DNA of 15,459 bases, from positions 64,001 through 79,459 of the IMG/VR virus record IMGVR_UViG_3300033148_007488. The stretch is one strand, 5' to 3'. This stretch comes from a virus (taxonomy: Duplodnaviria > Heunggongvirae > Uroviricota > Caudoviricetes). Positions 1 through 9,111 of the stretch are shown here, piece after piece. The number at the start of each line of letters is the position of its first letter. Positions within the stretch are counted from its first letter, which is position 1. The notes under the pieces were generated by a model, which saw only the letters and a program-made list of their open reading frames with translations, was not told the DNA's origin and did no database searches. A program made the translations under genes and the position numbers.

Positions 1-558
1 GGTCTTCCACTCAGGGCTATTATTGCTATGAAGCCTTTTGGTCATGAGGAAGCTTTGAGAATTCAAGATGGGTATGCTCCTTTTGATATGAAACCCGGTT
101 TTTTAGCGGCTGCAAGAAAAAAAGGAAAGAAACATTTTATTATGTCTTTTAGGCATACAACACCGGGCAGCACTAAAACGCTTGGCAAAATAATGTCTGC
201 AAGTATTCATAAAGCAGCCAAGCAGGGTATAACTTTTCCAGAGCAAAAAGGAACTCCTGAAGATCCAAGTGATTACGGATTGATTAATTCCAGAGGTTAC
301 GAATGGCAAAATGGGCCTCATGCTGGAATGACTAATGTCAATAAAGGAACTCCACAATCCAGCTACAGGACTTTTAGAGTAATTTCAGAAAAATCAGCAC
401 CATCTTCGTGGTGGCATCCTGGGGTTGAGTCTAATGATGTGATCGGAGCAACCGTAAACTACGTGGAGCCATATATCAAAGAGGGGTTGAAAAGGTCAGC
501 TAAAGCTGAAGCAATTGAGCAAATAAAACAAATTTTTTCTCATCCAATGGGTGTTTGA
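1..558 (+). CDS. Phage virion neck-region/structural protein, 5'-truncated
   Basis: Frame is open from base 1 (GLPLRAIIA before the ATG at 28), so the true start is upstream. Motifs FDMKPGFL, IMSFRH and SSYRTFRVISEKSAPSSWWHPG recall a conserved head-tail-region protein of SPO1/Twort-like myoviruses (from memory, not searched). Confidence 0.5.
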   Translation, partial: GLPLRAIIAMKPFGHEEALRIQDGYAPFDMKPGFLAAARKKGKKHFIMSFRHTTPGSTKTLGKIMSASIHKAAKQGITFPEQKGTPEDPSDYGLINSRGYEWQNGPHAGMTNVNKGTPQSSYRTFRVISEKSAPSSWWHPGVESNDVIGATVNYVEPYIKEGLKRSAKAEAIEQIKQIFSHPMGV

Positions 559-603
559 CGATTAGATGGAGCAAAAGAATAATAAAAAATAAAAAGGTAA
601 AAC

Positions 604-1614
604 ATGGCTTTATCAGATCTCACAACACATCCTCAATTAATTTTAAGAATCTTAGAAAAAAAGGAGTTTGGAAGAGAGGCCGATCCTAATCTTGATGAAG
701 GCTCTATCCCAAAATTATCTGATAGATTTGATACTCAAAGAGAAAATATTTCCCAAAAAACACCCATTGCTGAGTTTAAATTCCCCATAAATCATGAAGG
801 GAAAACTTTTTATTATCAACAATATTCAAATACCCTTGGAGCAAGACAATCTACGGTTACAGGCATAGCGGGGATAGCCTCTGAAGCCTATGGAGTAGGG
901 CTTGAAGATATAACCATGAATGGTATTTTCCCAACGGCTGCGGATAGAAATGTAATTGTTTCAACTGGGTTTTCATTCGAAGCTGCTCTTACTCAGTTCA
1001 CTCCTAAAGATTGGGCCGATAATTTAAAAAGATTTATAAAATTTTATCTTGATTTGAATGATCCATATTCAAAAATATGGACAGTTGACAATTATTATAC
1101 ACGTGATTTTAGGTTTGCGTTCTCTATATATGAGAGAAGTGGGATCTCTGTAGAATTTGGGGGAGACTCAGGTATAAAGGCTGGAGGAAAACCAAATAAA
1201 AAAGGATATGAACTCGTAATTGTCGATGAATACGCTAAAACAATCCAAACGATCCAACCTAAATCTGATGGGCTGCAAATATTTACAAGTAAAGAAACGC
1301 CTTTCACTTATGGATGGAGGCTAAACGCTACGGTAATTGAAGATAAGCTTGATGCATCCTTCAAAGAAATTCCTGATGATATTTTGCAATTAATGGCTTC
1401 GTACAGACTCCCAGCGATATCAGAAATACCCGTTATTGGCCCGTTGTCGGAGACACTAAATAAATTGATAGCGATCAGTAATTCAATCTCTCAAATGATG
1501 GACACAATTTTAACTTATAAATCTTTTCCAAATAATATCGTCCAGCAATACAATGATTTCTTATACTCGAACCAAAATATAGCTCATAAAATTGAAAATA
1601 TAGCGGAACTCTAA
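604..1614 (+). CDS. Putative tail tube initiator/baseplate-associated protein
   Basis: 336 aa, AAGG RBS at 595-598. The segment RQSTVTGIAGIASEAYGVGLEDITMNG resembles the 'TxGGxxxExxGxGxxxIxxxG' region of tube-initiator-type proteins; lies upstream of the LysM-like and wedge genes. Function inferred largely from context. Confidence 0.4.
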   Translation: MALSDLTTHPQLILRILEKKEFGREADPNLDEGSIPKLSDRFDTQRENISQKTPIAEFKFPINHEGKTFYYQQYSNTLGARQSTVTGIAGIASEAYGVGLEDITMNGIFPTAADRNVIVSTGFSFEAALTQFTPKDWADNLKRFIKFYLDLNDPYSKIWTVDNYYTRDFRFAFSIYERSGISVEFGGDSGIKAGGKPNKKGYELVIVDEYAKTIQTIQPKSDGLQIFTSKETPFTYGWRLNATVIEDKLDASFKEIPDDILQLMASYRLPAISEIPVIGPLSETLNKLIAISNSISQMMDTILTYKSFPNNIVQQYNDFLYSNQNIAHKIENIAEL

Positions 1615-2507
1615 TGGCAGACGAAATTGAAGCATTAGGAAGTGATTACACGGAAGCATCTAATCAGCTTTCACAACACACAACGCAAATTGGGGGTGGT
1701 TTTTATCAATTGATCAAAGACTCTGACTATAGAGAACGCTATCCAAACGCAATCAATGATTTTGTAGAGACTGAAGGGTTTAGAAAAATAGCTGCGAAAG
1801 CTGAAGTGACAACAGATGAGCTAAAACCTCCGCTGTCTATTTCAGATGATGTGATTAATAATATTCAGGAAATTTTTGATTCAGCAGATCCCCTTAATAT
1901 GAGTGAGGACGAATTAACTGCGCTCAGAGCTGATGTTGACACAATAATCAATGGTCTTTCCATCCCTACTATCGAACAAATCAATGAGTTCACCAACGCC
2001 TATACTAAATTTGTAGCGGCGGCATTAACTGAGAACGCCCCTTTCCCTACAAATTTCAGAGAGATTCAGCTAGTCTCTACGGACACGAGTATTGATTCTT
2101 TTTTAGCCAGGACAGGAATCAGAAAATTGGTAGCTATAAAATCAAACAACCTTGTTTATCCTTTTATCACTGAAAGATTAAGAGTACCTTCGCAACTTCA
2201 GGCAACTGTAACAGGATCAGAAGGGGTGAAAGACGAGATTACCGTATCCTACCTTTCTCTCAGTAAAGAAATTGGAATTACGAGTATTAAGGCTGGAAGT
2301 ATACTTCTTATTTCAAATAATTCTAAAGAGTTTAAAAACATTATCCAGCAGAAAATATCAATAGATTATATCTCAGAAACCGACCAAATAATCCGTTTAA
2401 ATTCTGGCTTGCTGTTTGATCTGGATTCGACATTCGTGGTAGAAATCTATCAGTATACAAAAAACCAAGTTTTATCTCCGGGCGATTTAATCAAGATCCC
2501 GCAATAG
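1614..2507 (+). CDS. Baseplate-region protein with degenerate, interrupted LysM-like motif
   Basis: TAATG stop/start overlap with the upstream gene. REIQLVSTDTSIDSFLA...AIKSNNLVYPFI and C-terminal VLSPGDLIKIP match the two halves of phage LysM-type baseplate motifs (NxLxYPxI...GDxIxIP). Confidence 0.45.
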   Translation: MADEIEALGSDYTEASNQLSQHTTQIGGGFYQLIKDSDYRERYPNAINDFVETEGFRKIAAKAEVTTDELKPPLSISDDVINNIQEIFDSADPLNMSEDELTALRADVDTIINGLSIPTIEQINEFTNAYTKFVAAALTENAPFPTNFREIQLVSTDTSIDSFLARTGIRKLVAIKSNNLVYPFITERLRVPSQLQATVTGSEGVKDEITVSYLSLSKEIGITSIKAGSILLISNNSKEFKNIIQQKISIDYISETDQIIRLNSGLLFDLDSTFVVEIYQYTKNQVLSPGDLIKIPQ

Positions 2508-2514
2508 GAAAAAA

Positions 2515-2697
2515 ATGAAAAATTTATCTTATTTAGTGCTTATTTTCCTTGTTTCCTGTTCAACTAATGTGCTTTTTGATAATGATTTAACATCTGATCA
2601 AAAAGTATATGTGATGAGTATCCTTGATTGCGATTCAAAGCAAAATGCAGGAAACTTAAAACTGAGCCTAAATATTTCTAATGCCTACAGGTGCTAA
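2515..2697 (+). CDS. Small predicted lipoprotein
   Basis: 60 aa, AGGA RBS at 2506-2509, MK start, hydrophobic stretch and lipobox LVSC (Cys15). Fills the gap between two structural genes and overlaps the next by 17 nt. Confidence 0.6.
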   Translation: MKNLSYLVLIFLVSCSTNVLFDNDLTSDQKVYVMSILDCDSKQNAGNLKLSLNISNAYRC

Positions 2698-3052
2698 TTT
2701 TAAAGAAACAGATGGGCGAGTTCTTTGGTACAAACCGCTAATTTTCGGTGATGAACTTCTAACTCAGGACCATGAAGCACGTTTTCACGCCAGACAAGGG
2801 AGTTACCTGCTTGTCCCCGAATATGGAAATCCATTTATCGAAACATTAACTTCTGAAATAAGTAAAACAGAAAGGGAAATGCTACTAATATCTGAAACAA
2901 AAGAATGTGCAGTTCAAGACCCAAGAATTGTTGATGCTGCAGTTGATCCAGAATCTATTGTTGATGATGGGATTTCATTCAGTTTCAGTTACGAGCTAAC
3001 AAAAGCTGATGGTGGCATTTTAGAGGAAGAGTTTTCAAATGACTTTACTTAA
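2681..3052 (+). CDS. Baseplate wedge protein, gp25/GpW-like
   Basis: 123 aa; GSYLLVPEYG and QDPRIVD motifs typical of gp25-like proteins; directly upstream of the J-like gene. Confidence 0.8.
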   Translation: MPTGANFKETDGRVLWYKPLIFGDELLTQDHEARFHARQGSYLLVPEYGNPFIETLTSEISKTEREMLLISETKECAVQDPRIVDAAVDPESIVDDGISFSFSYELTKADGGILEEEFSNDFT

Positions 3053-4169
3053 AGCCAAAGATGATTATGTCCAAAAAGGTGTTGAAGCGGTCATTGCTAG
3101 AACTCCTTCTAATATTATCAATGAACAGGGATTCGATTTTACTCCGGGCTCACCATTAAGAGCCTTCATTGAAGGTCATGCAACCATTTCAGCTATTTCT
3201 CAGGACACGACAGAATCAGAATGTAAAAAACAGGCCAGAGAGACAATGTTTATCCTCTCAGGTGTAGTCACGTTCCCAGCCAGCAAAGCGAATGGAATTT
3301 TAAGCATAACATCAACTCAATCTTTGACAATCCCAGCTAATGAACCAGTTTATTCAACCGCAACTGGAAACAAAGTTGGAGTAGTAACGGCAGAGGTTAG
3401 TTTCGTTAATTCAGAAACTAAAAATGTTACCATGATTGCTGATGAAGCTGGAAAAGACATTACTTTTGGAGCAGGGACTTTGTTTTTAACAGCAAGTTTT
3501 CAGTCGGGGACAAACGCTCTGTTAATTGACAACGGAACCGATGAAGAAACGGATTATGAACGAAGCCAACGGGTTTCTGACTCACTCAAAGCAAAAGCAC
3601 ATGCAACCGCACCAGCACTGATTACGACAGCCGAAGCGGTAAATATCAAAGATGGATTTGGAATAGTAATAGAGAGTGTGAAAAATGTTCTTTTATCATT
3701 CCCTTGGAAACACACAGACCCAAATCTTCTTGATCCTGATCAATATGGTGAAATCATAATGTCAATTCAGTCAAGTATTGGAGTTCCTTCACAAGATTTA
3801 CTTGATGAAATTCAATTACAACTTACAGGGAATGATGAATTGGATGGCAAACAAGGTGCGGGTCAGAATGTAGTTCTTACACCTGTCAGTACAGAAGATG
3901 TCGCTTTTGTGGTTCCATATAAGAAAGAGGTTGGCGGTGATCACTCAACGAATGAAACGCTCATACAGTCACAAATTGCAACTTATGTAGACAGTTTAGA
4001 TCAAGGAGAATCTGTCAATCCTACAGACTGGCAAGCATCAATATCTGGTGTGAATAAGCCTATTGGTGTTGATTATTATGATGAAGATAATCTTGTTCCA
4101 AATACAATACAAACAATCGATGAGTTTAAAATTTGGAATATTACGACAATAACGGTGAGTGAAATATGA
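3039..4169 (+). CDS. Baseplate J-like protein
   Basis: 376 aa; DFTPGSPLRAFIEG near the N-terminus, KANGILSIT and GTDEETDYERSQR (GxDxEtD motif); canonical position after the gp25-like gene. Confidence 0.85.
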   Translation: MTLLKAKDDYVQKGVEAVIARTPSNIINEQGFDFTPGSPLRAFIEGHATISAISQDTTESECKKQARETMFILSGVVTFPASKANGILSITSTQSLTIPANEPVYSTATGNKVGVVTAEVSFVNSETKNVTMIADEAGKDITFGAGTLFLTASFQSGTNALLIDNGTDEETDYERSQRVSDSLKAKAHATAPALITTAEAVNIKDGFGIVIESVKNVLLSFPWKHTDPNLLDPDQYGEIIMSIQSSIGVPSQDLLDEIQLQLTGNDELDGKQGAGQNVVLTPVSTEDVAFVVPYKKEVGGDHSTNETLIQSQIATYVDSLDQGESVNPTDWQASISGVNKPIGVDYYDEDNLVPNTIQTIDEFKIWNITTITVSEI

Positions 4170-5077
4170 CCATAGGAATCAGTCTTTCTATTCGGGAATA
4201 TAGGGATCTTCTAAAAAATAGGATGCCATCGTGGATGGAACTTGAAGATTTAGACCTTTTTAATTATTTTTCTTTATCTGGCCATACTTACACTGAAAAG
4301 ATCAATTCTATCATTATCGATGATTTTGAATATAAAAGAGATGAATGGACATTAGGAGAATTAAAAACTGATTTAGGAATCGCAGGTACAGGGAATTACG
4401 ATGATGTTATTATTGATATTATCGAAAAGATTGATTCAAATGATGATGTTTTTATTTATACTAATCCAAATATCATTATTTTGGACATGTTGGCGGTTCT
4501 TGAAAAAAAATGTGATGACAGGAGAAACCAGCTTCTCACAGAGATGGACCCTAATTTAGCAACTGTTGATGGTCTTTTACCATTCTGGGAAGCTATTTTT
4601 CAGAGTAAAAGGCAAACAATAGCAGGAGTGGTAGAGTCTGATAATGCGTATATGATTAGGGCCATAACTGAATTATTTGGCCAGAGTTCATCTTTGAGAG
4701 TTATCAGAAGATTGTTTGAGAAATACGGGCTCACAGATTTTACTCTTTTGAATTCAAGGGATGATCCATTTTCGTGGAATTTAAAATCAGCCTCGGATTC
4801 AGTTAATTTACATCTTGATCCGGTTGATTTCAGTAAAATACCTTCTTTGAACCAAACATTTTTAGATTCAGCACCAGCAGGGAAACGATTATTTGTTTTA
4901 TGCCCTGACGAAACAAGAGATGTTTATGGTCTTCATCACGCTACTGATGCGGATGATTATGTTCAGCCACCAAGTTTCACACCAGGAATCCCAACTGTAG
5001 GCCCTTATATTTTAACAACTGAAGGTGGTTTTGCCCTCATGACTGAAGACGGATATCTTTTAACTACAAACTCATAA
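4166..5077 (+). CDS. Baseplate wedge/tail protein, P2 gpI-like, with C-terminal extension
   Basis: ATGA overlap with the J-like gene; LATVDGLLPFWEAIF...ESDNAYMIRAI matches the 'A...L..W......ES...YR.RI' pattern of gpI-like proteins. Confidence 0.65.
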   Translation: MTIGISLSIREYRDLLKNRMPSWMELEDLDLFNYFSLSGHTYTEKINSIIIDDFEYKRDEWTLGELKTDLGIAGTGNYDDVIIDIIEKIDSNDDVFIYTNPNIIILDMLAVLEKKCDDRRNQLLTEMDPNLATVDGLLPFWEAIFQSKRQTIAGVVESDNAYMIRAITELFGQSSSLRVIRRLFEKYGLTDFTLLNSRDDPFSWNLKSASDSVNLHLDPVDFSKIPSLNQTFLDSAPAGKRLFVLCPDETRDVYGLHHATDADDYVQPPSFTPGIPTVGPYILTTEGGFALMTEDGYLLTTNS

Positions 5078-7071
5078 TGTCACAACCGACTAAAAAAATA
5101 AGTGATCTTGCCGATGCTATATCAATGGTATTGGGTGATAAAATAATAGGGACCATTGGAGGCGAAGTCAAAGAAGTCCCAAATAGTGTTCTTCTTTCCT
5201 TTCTTTACGATTCATTAGTATCTTTAAATGAGTTAACAGTAGCGGGTCATCTCACAGCCGCAACACTAGAGGGTAATGGGGCCTTATTAACTAATCTTGT
5301 CTTTACCGGATCAGGCGGAACTGAATCAACAGGAAGCCTTTCACTTGTTTGTAACTCAGATAGTTCAACCCCACTTGCAAAGCATGTTTTTTATAAAGAT
5401 GAGCTTATTGTTGCTAATCTTGACGAAAACAGTTTCCGCCCAACAACAGGAATTCCCTATTCCCATGATGATGATGCTATTCCTTTTGCAAAGGATATAA
5501 ATCTCGATAGTAATCATATACTTAATACGCCTACTATTGCAGAAATGCAGAGAGGGAAAGGGTTGCATTTTAATGGGAGTCAGAAAGTTACAATAGCAGA
5601 CGATCCAAACATTGATTTTGGCGAGGGTAGTGGAATGCTCGTTGGGTCAATACGTATACCATCAACAGCCTTAGGAACAGAATTACGCATTTTAACAAAG
5701 GGGCAGGGTACACAAATATATTTTTGCGGTATCGAAACTGACGGGCGGCTATCGTTCGGTCTTAGAGATAGTGGTTCGGCAGTAGTTGTATATTCTGACG
5801 ATCCAATTGCAGATGGCACAATACGTACCTACGCCTTGAGATTTGAAAGAGGTGGATTGATGACAATCATGATAAATGGTGTCTTGCAATCTGATACAGC
5901 CAGTACCCCGCCCGGTACAATTTCGGGACCGGAACCCTTATATTTTGGTAGAAATAATTTAGCGTCAGTGTGGTTCAAAGGTGAGCAATACCGACACGTA
6001 TTTTTTAATTATCATCCATCAGAAAGTGAAGCCAAAAGCTGGTCCTCAAATCCTCTAAAACAACTTGAGTGGAAAGATCAGGGGGGAAGTCAGGTAGACC
6101 TGAATACAGATGCTAACGCTACAGCAGATAGGGCAGGGACTGAGACAAACTCCATAGGCAATTGGGTTGCTGTAATATCAGGATCTTCGGTATTTCAATC
6201 CCAGAGTTCAGTAGTGCATAACGGGGCGTATGCTCTTGAAATAAATATAAATCCAACACCGGGAAGCGCACACAGGTGTGTGTTCGACATGGGGACATAT
6301 TTCGGGTGTGAGGTTGGAAAATTTTATAGATTAACTTTTTGGTGGAGGCACGTCGGGACCGGTGGAAATTGGATTGCTGCAATGGGTGAAGGCGATGGTT
6401 CAAGCATTGCCACAACAATTGCAGAAATAGAAGAAACTGACACTACATTTGAAAAAGTAACAATTGACTTTGAGTTTTTCGATGATTGGCATCTTAAATT
6501 CCGAGAGTTTAACACCTCAAATAATGGGGGGATTTATTTTGATGATCTTTCAATAAATCAACTAGGCTGCATAGCAGAATACCGACCAGACGGAATATCA
6601 ACAGACATATGGTTTGAAGCTCAGATTGGAAATGATGGAGTTATTGATGCAGATGTGATTAATGATTTTAGTTCACGTGATGGAACATGGGTTCCTGTTG
6701 TTTCGGATGCTAGTAGTGGCGGAAATTTAGGTGTGCCATCAAGTGTGTCTGGTCTTTATTCACGAAATGGTAAAACTGTTACAGTGAGCGGTCATATTCT
6801 TAACATTGATACTAGTGGAATGACTGCTGGAAATTATATATATATCCAAGGGCTACCCCGCTCTGCATACGGAACACCACCGTCAGTTGGTCAAATAAGT
6901 TTATCGTCTACTACATTCAATGGTTATTGTTACCTGTACATTAACGGTGGTTCAAATATTATACGAATCGGAAATTCGGTAAGTGGTAGTGGTTTAAGTT
7001 TTTTACTAATCTCTCAGTTAACATCTGGTTCTGCCGATTTACGATTTTCAATAACTTATCAGATAGGATAA
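5077..7071 (+). CDS. Tail fibre/receptor-binding protein with LamG/ConA-like and carbohydrate-binding-like domains
   Basis: TAATG overlap; N-terminal KKISDL; LamG-like GKGLHFNG...IDFG...MTIMINGV...PLYFG...FKG; CBM-like VHNGAYALEI...YRLTFWWR...IYFDDLSI; C-terminal fibre head GTWVP...GLYSRNGKTVTV...GLP...LRFSITY. Confidence 0.75.
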   Translation: MSQPTKKISDLADAISMVLGDKIIGTIGGEVKEVPNSVLLSFLYDSLVSLNELTVAGHLTAATLEGNGALLTNLVFTGSGGTESTGSLSLVCNSDSSTPLAKHVFYKDELIVANLDENSFRPTTGIPYSHDDDAIPFAKDINLDSNHILNTPTIAEMQRGKGLHFNGSQKVTIADDPNIDFGEGSGMLVGSIRIPSTALGTELRILTKGQGTQIYFCGIETDGRLSFGLRDSGSAVVVYSDDPIADGTIRTYALRFERGGLMTIMINGVLQSDTASTPPGTISGPEPLYFGRNNLASVWFKGEQYRHVFFNYHPSESEAKSWSSNPLKQLEWKDQGGSQVDLNTDANATADRAGTETNSIGNWVAVISGSSVFQSQSSVVHNGAYALEININPTPGSAHRCVFDMGTYFGCEVGKFYRLTFWWRHVGTGGNWIAAMGEGDGSSIATTIAEIEETDTTFEKVTIDFEFFDDWHLKFREFNTSNNGGIYFDDLSINQLGCIAEYRPDGISTDIWFEAQIGNDGVIDADVINDFSSRDGTWVPVVSDASSGGNLGVPSSVSGLYSRNGKTVTVSGHILNIDTSGMTAGNYIYIQGLPRSAYGTPPSVGQISLSSTTFNGYCYLYINGGSNIIRIGNSVSGSGLSFLLISQLTSGSADLRFSITYQIG

Positions 7072-7076
7072 TAACT

Positions 7077-7349
7077 ATGGCACTAGAAAAAGCAACACAT
7101 TACAAATCATTCTCTGTCCCAAAAGCTTATTACAAAATAAACGATGTAAGTAGTACAGATTCAGGGACAAACAGGAATGGGGACAAAACTTACATTGTAA
7201 TCATAATGGTTGGGATTTATAAAGACGAGTCAAAAACTCAACTTTTAGGAACTGACAGGCATGTTTTCACAATGATTGAATCAGATATTACCAGAGCAAA
7301 TATTTATGAAAAATTAAAATTAAAATACACTGACTCAACGGACATTTAA
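7077..7349 (+). CDS. Small protein downstream of fibre 1, putative fibre assembly chaperone
   Basis: 90 aa, AGGA RBS 9-12 nt upstream; size and position typical of fibre assembly proteins; AYYKI and C-terminal YEKLK pattern. Function by context only. Confidence 0.4.
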   Translation: MALEKATHYKSFSVPKAYYKINDVSSTDSGTNRNGDKTYIVIIMVGIYKDESKTQLLGTDRHVFTMIESDITRANIYEKLKLKYTDSTDI

Positions 7350-7351
7350 AA

Positions 7352-9103
7352 ATGACTACATTTTCTGATTATAATCCAGCAGGAACATCAAGAACAACTA
7401 AAAAAGGCATTGCTAGGCATGTGCCTTTACTCCCTGATCATTTCAATCATAAGTGGTTTGAAGCGTATGTTGAAGATTTTTTGTCCAAAAATGAGTTGGA
7501 AAAAGATGGAGTCAACTCAGGATGCGTGATATCTCAAGATGGAGGGGATGATTCTATCAATATGACGGCAGGAGAAGTCTATATTAATGGGGTCAAACAT
7601 GCTGTTGCTGATCCTGGGACTTTCCCTTGTCCTGATGATGGCTGGTATGCTGTATATATCGATAATACTGAAACAGTATTTTATGGATTTCTTAATAATG
7701 AAACGGTTCAAGGTGCTCAGACTCCTGATGATTCAGTGATAGTTGGCTTTGCAGTCAGAGGAAACGGTGTTTTTTATATCACAAGTTTTTTCAATGAATC
7801 GAATGAAGAACAGCATATTCGTCCGACAGTTATAGCAGGACCATCACTTTCAAACACTAGGGTAACCGATCTTGAAACAACTTTTGTTTCTTCTTTGTCA
7901 GAAGGTGATAAATTATTATTTCTTGGTTCCACTATTTTAACTGCGAATAGGATATTAACAACAGAGGTTGAAGCTTGGATGGATGGTCCAGATGAAAAGC
8001 TTGATCTTGATACATTTGATCTTACTTTTGTTGAAGTCTCAGGTAAAATTTCTGTTACTACGGATACTGGAAAGATTATTCTGAACGGGAAAACTCATGG
8101 TTTAGTTATTATTGGGGATGTCATTGTTGAACAAGGAGAGAATTTTTCAGGGTCTTATGTCCTAAATGGTGTTGCATACTCAAATGGTGTATACAGTGAT
8201 TTTGCAACTAAAAATCTCATTATTAATGTTCAATCAAATACAACGGTTGATGTAGATTCAGATAATATAATCTTCGTTGACAACCAAGGAGGCGGTAAAA
8301 GAATAGACGATATTGATACCACGTTCACTATGCCTACAGATTTAGAGTCAGGGACTAGCGAAAAATTAAGTACATGGTACGGAATATGGTTGGATTCTGA
8401 CCTTAATCAAAGACTGGTCCCAGACTTAGAAAGTGCGGCAGATGGGACAACAGCGGGAAAACTGATTGATTCAGGGGCTACATTTTTGACAGACCTTGTG
8501 AAAACTGGCGATATTATATATAATCTCACTGACAGAACACAGACAACTGCTTCATCAGACGCAACGCTGGAAGGCGAAGTGTCCTTAATTGATGATATCT
8601 TTGTATCTGGGGAAGACTATAAGATTGTAAAGATGTCACCAGAAGGGCTTGGAACAAATCGTAATAGGATCGGGGCAGCGTTTAACAATTCAAGTAGTAA
8701 TTTTGACGATTCAACTTACGCACAAGGTAAAGCAGCAAAATTATATACAACTGGCCTTGGTGACTATACCGTTTCAAACATAACATCTGGGGGAAATGAA
8801 TCGAGCATGGTTGTTGCTCAAGATGGAATTGGATGGTTTGCTGATGTAGAGATAGGTGGGTCAGTCACACTCACAGCATCAGACACTATTTTATTCAGTT
8901 TTAGTGGTGTTACATGGGGAAGTACAGCGTTGGCAGTCTCAACACTTGCACAGTCTGCCCTACTGGCCGGGGAATTTTATTCAGCACAGACTGTTGCAAC
9001 GAGTGATGTATCGTTTGAATTTCAACAGGCTGTTACTTTATCTCATGCTTTTTCATTTGACGGTAGAGTTCGATTTTCAAAAAAACCAACATTTGTACTA
9101 TAA
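7352..9103 (+). CDS. Second tail fibre/structural receptor-binding protein
   Basis: 583 aa, beta-rich and G/S/T/D-rich; N-terminal SGCVI...INMTAGEVYING resembles baseplate-anchoring regions of myovirus fibres; followed by a small chaperone-like gene. Confidence 0.6.
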   Translation: MTTFSDYNPAGTSRTTKKGIARHVPLLPDHFNHKWFEAYVEDFLSKNELEKDGVNSGCVISQDGGDDSINMTAGEVYINGVKHAVADPGTFPCPDDGWYAVYIDNTETVFYGFLNNETVQGAQTPDDSVIVGFAVRGNGVFYITSFFNESNEEQHIRPTVIAGPSLSNTRVTDLETTFVSSLSEGDKLLFLGSTILTANRILTTEVEAWMDGPDEKLDLDTFDLTFVEVSGKISVTTDTGKIILNGKTHGLVIIGDVIVEQGENFSGSYVLNGVAYSNGVYSDFATKNLIINVQSNTTVDVDSDNIIFVDNQGGGKRIDDIDTTFTMPTDLESGTSEKLSTWYGIWLDSDLNQRLVPDLESAADGTTAGKLIDSGATFLTDLVKTGDIIYNLTDRTQTTASSDATLEGEVSLIDDIFVSGEDYKIVKMSPEGLGTNRNRIGAAFNNSSSNFDDSTYAQGKAAKLYTTGLGDYTVSNITSGGNESSMVVAQDGIGWFADVEIGGSVTLTASDTILFSFSGVTWGSTALAVSTLAQSALLAGEFYSAQTVATSDVSFEFQQAVTLSHAFSFDGRVRFSKKPTFVL

Positions 9104-9111
9104 AAGGAATT

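Noticed and set aside
2515-2697. Lysis cassette (spanin, holin, endolysin)
   Set aside because: No holin, endolysin or i-spanin candidate is adjacent, and the lipoprotein lacks the Pro-rich character of Rz1-type spanins.
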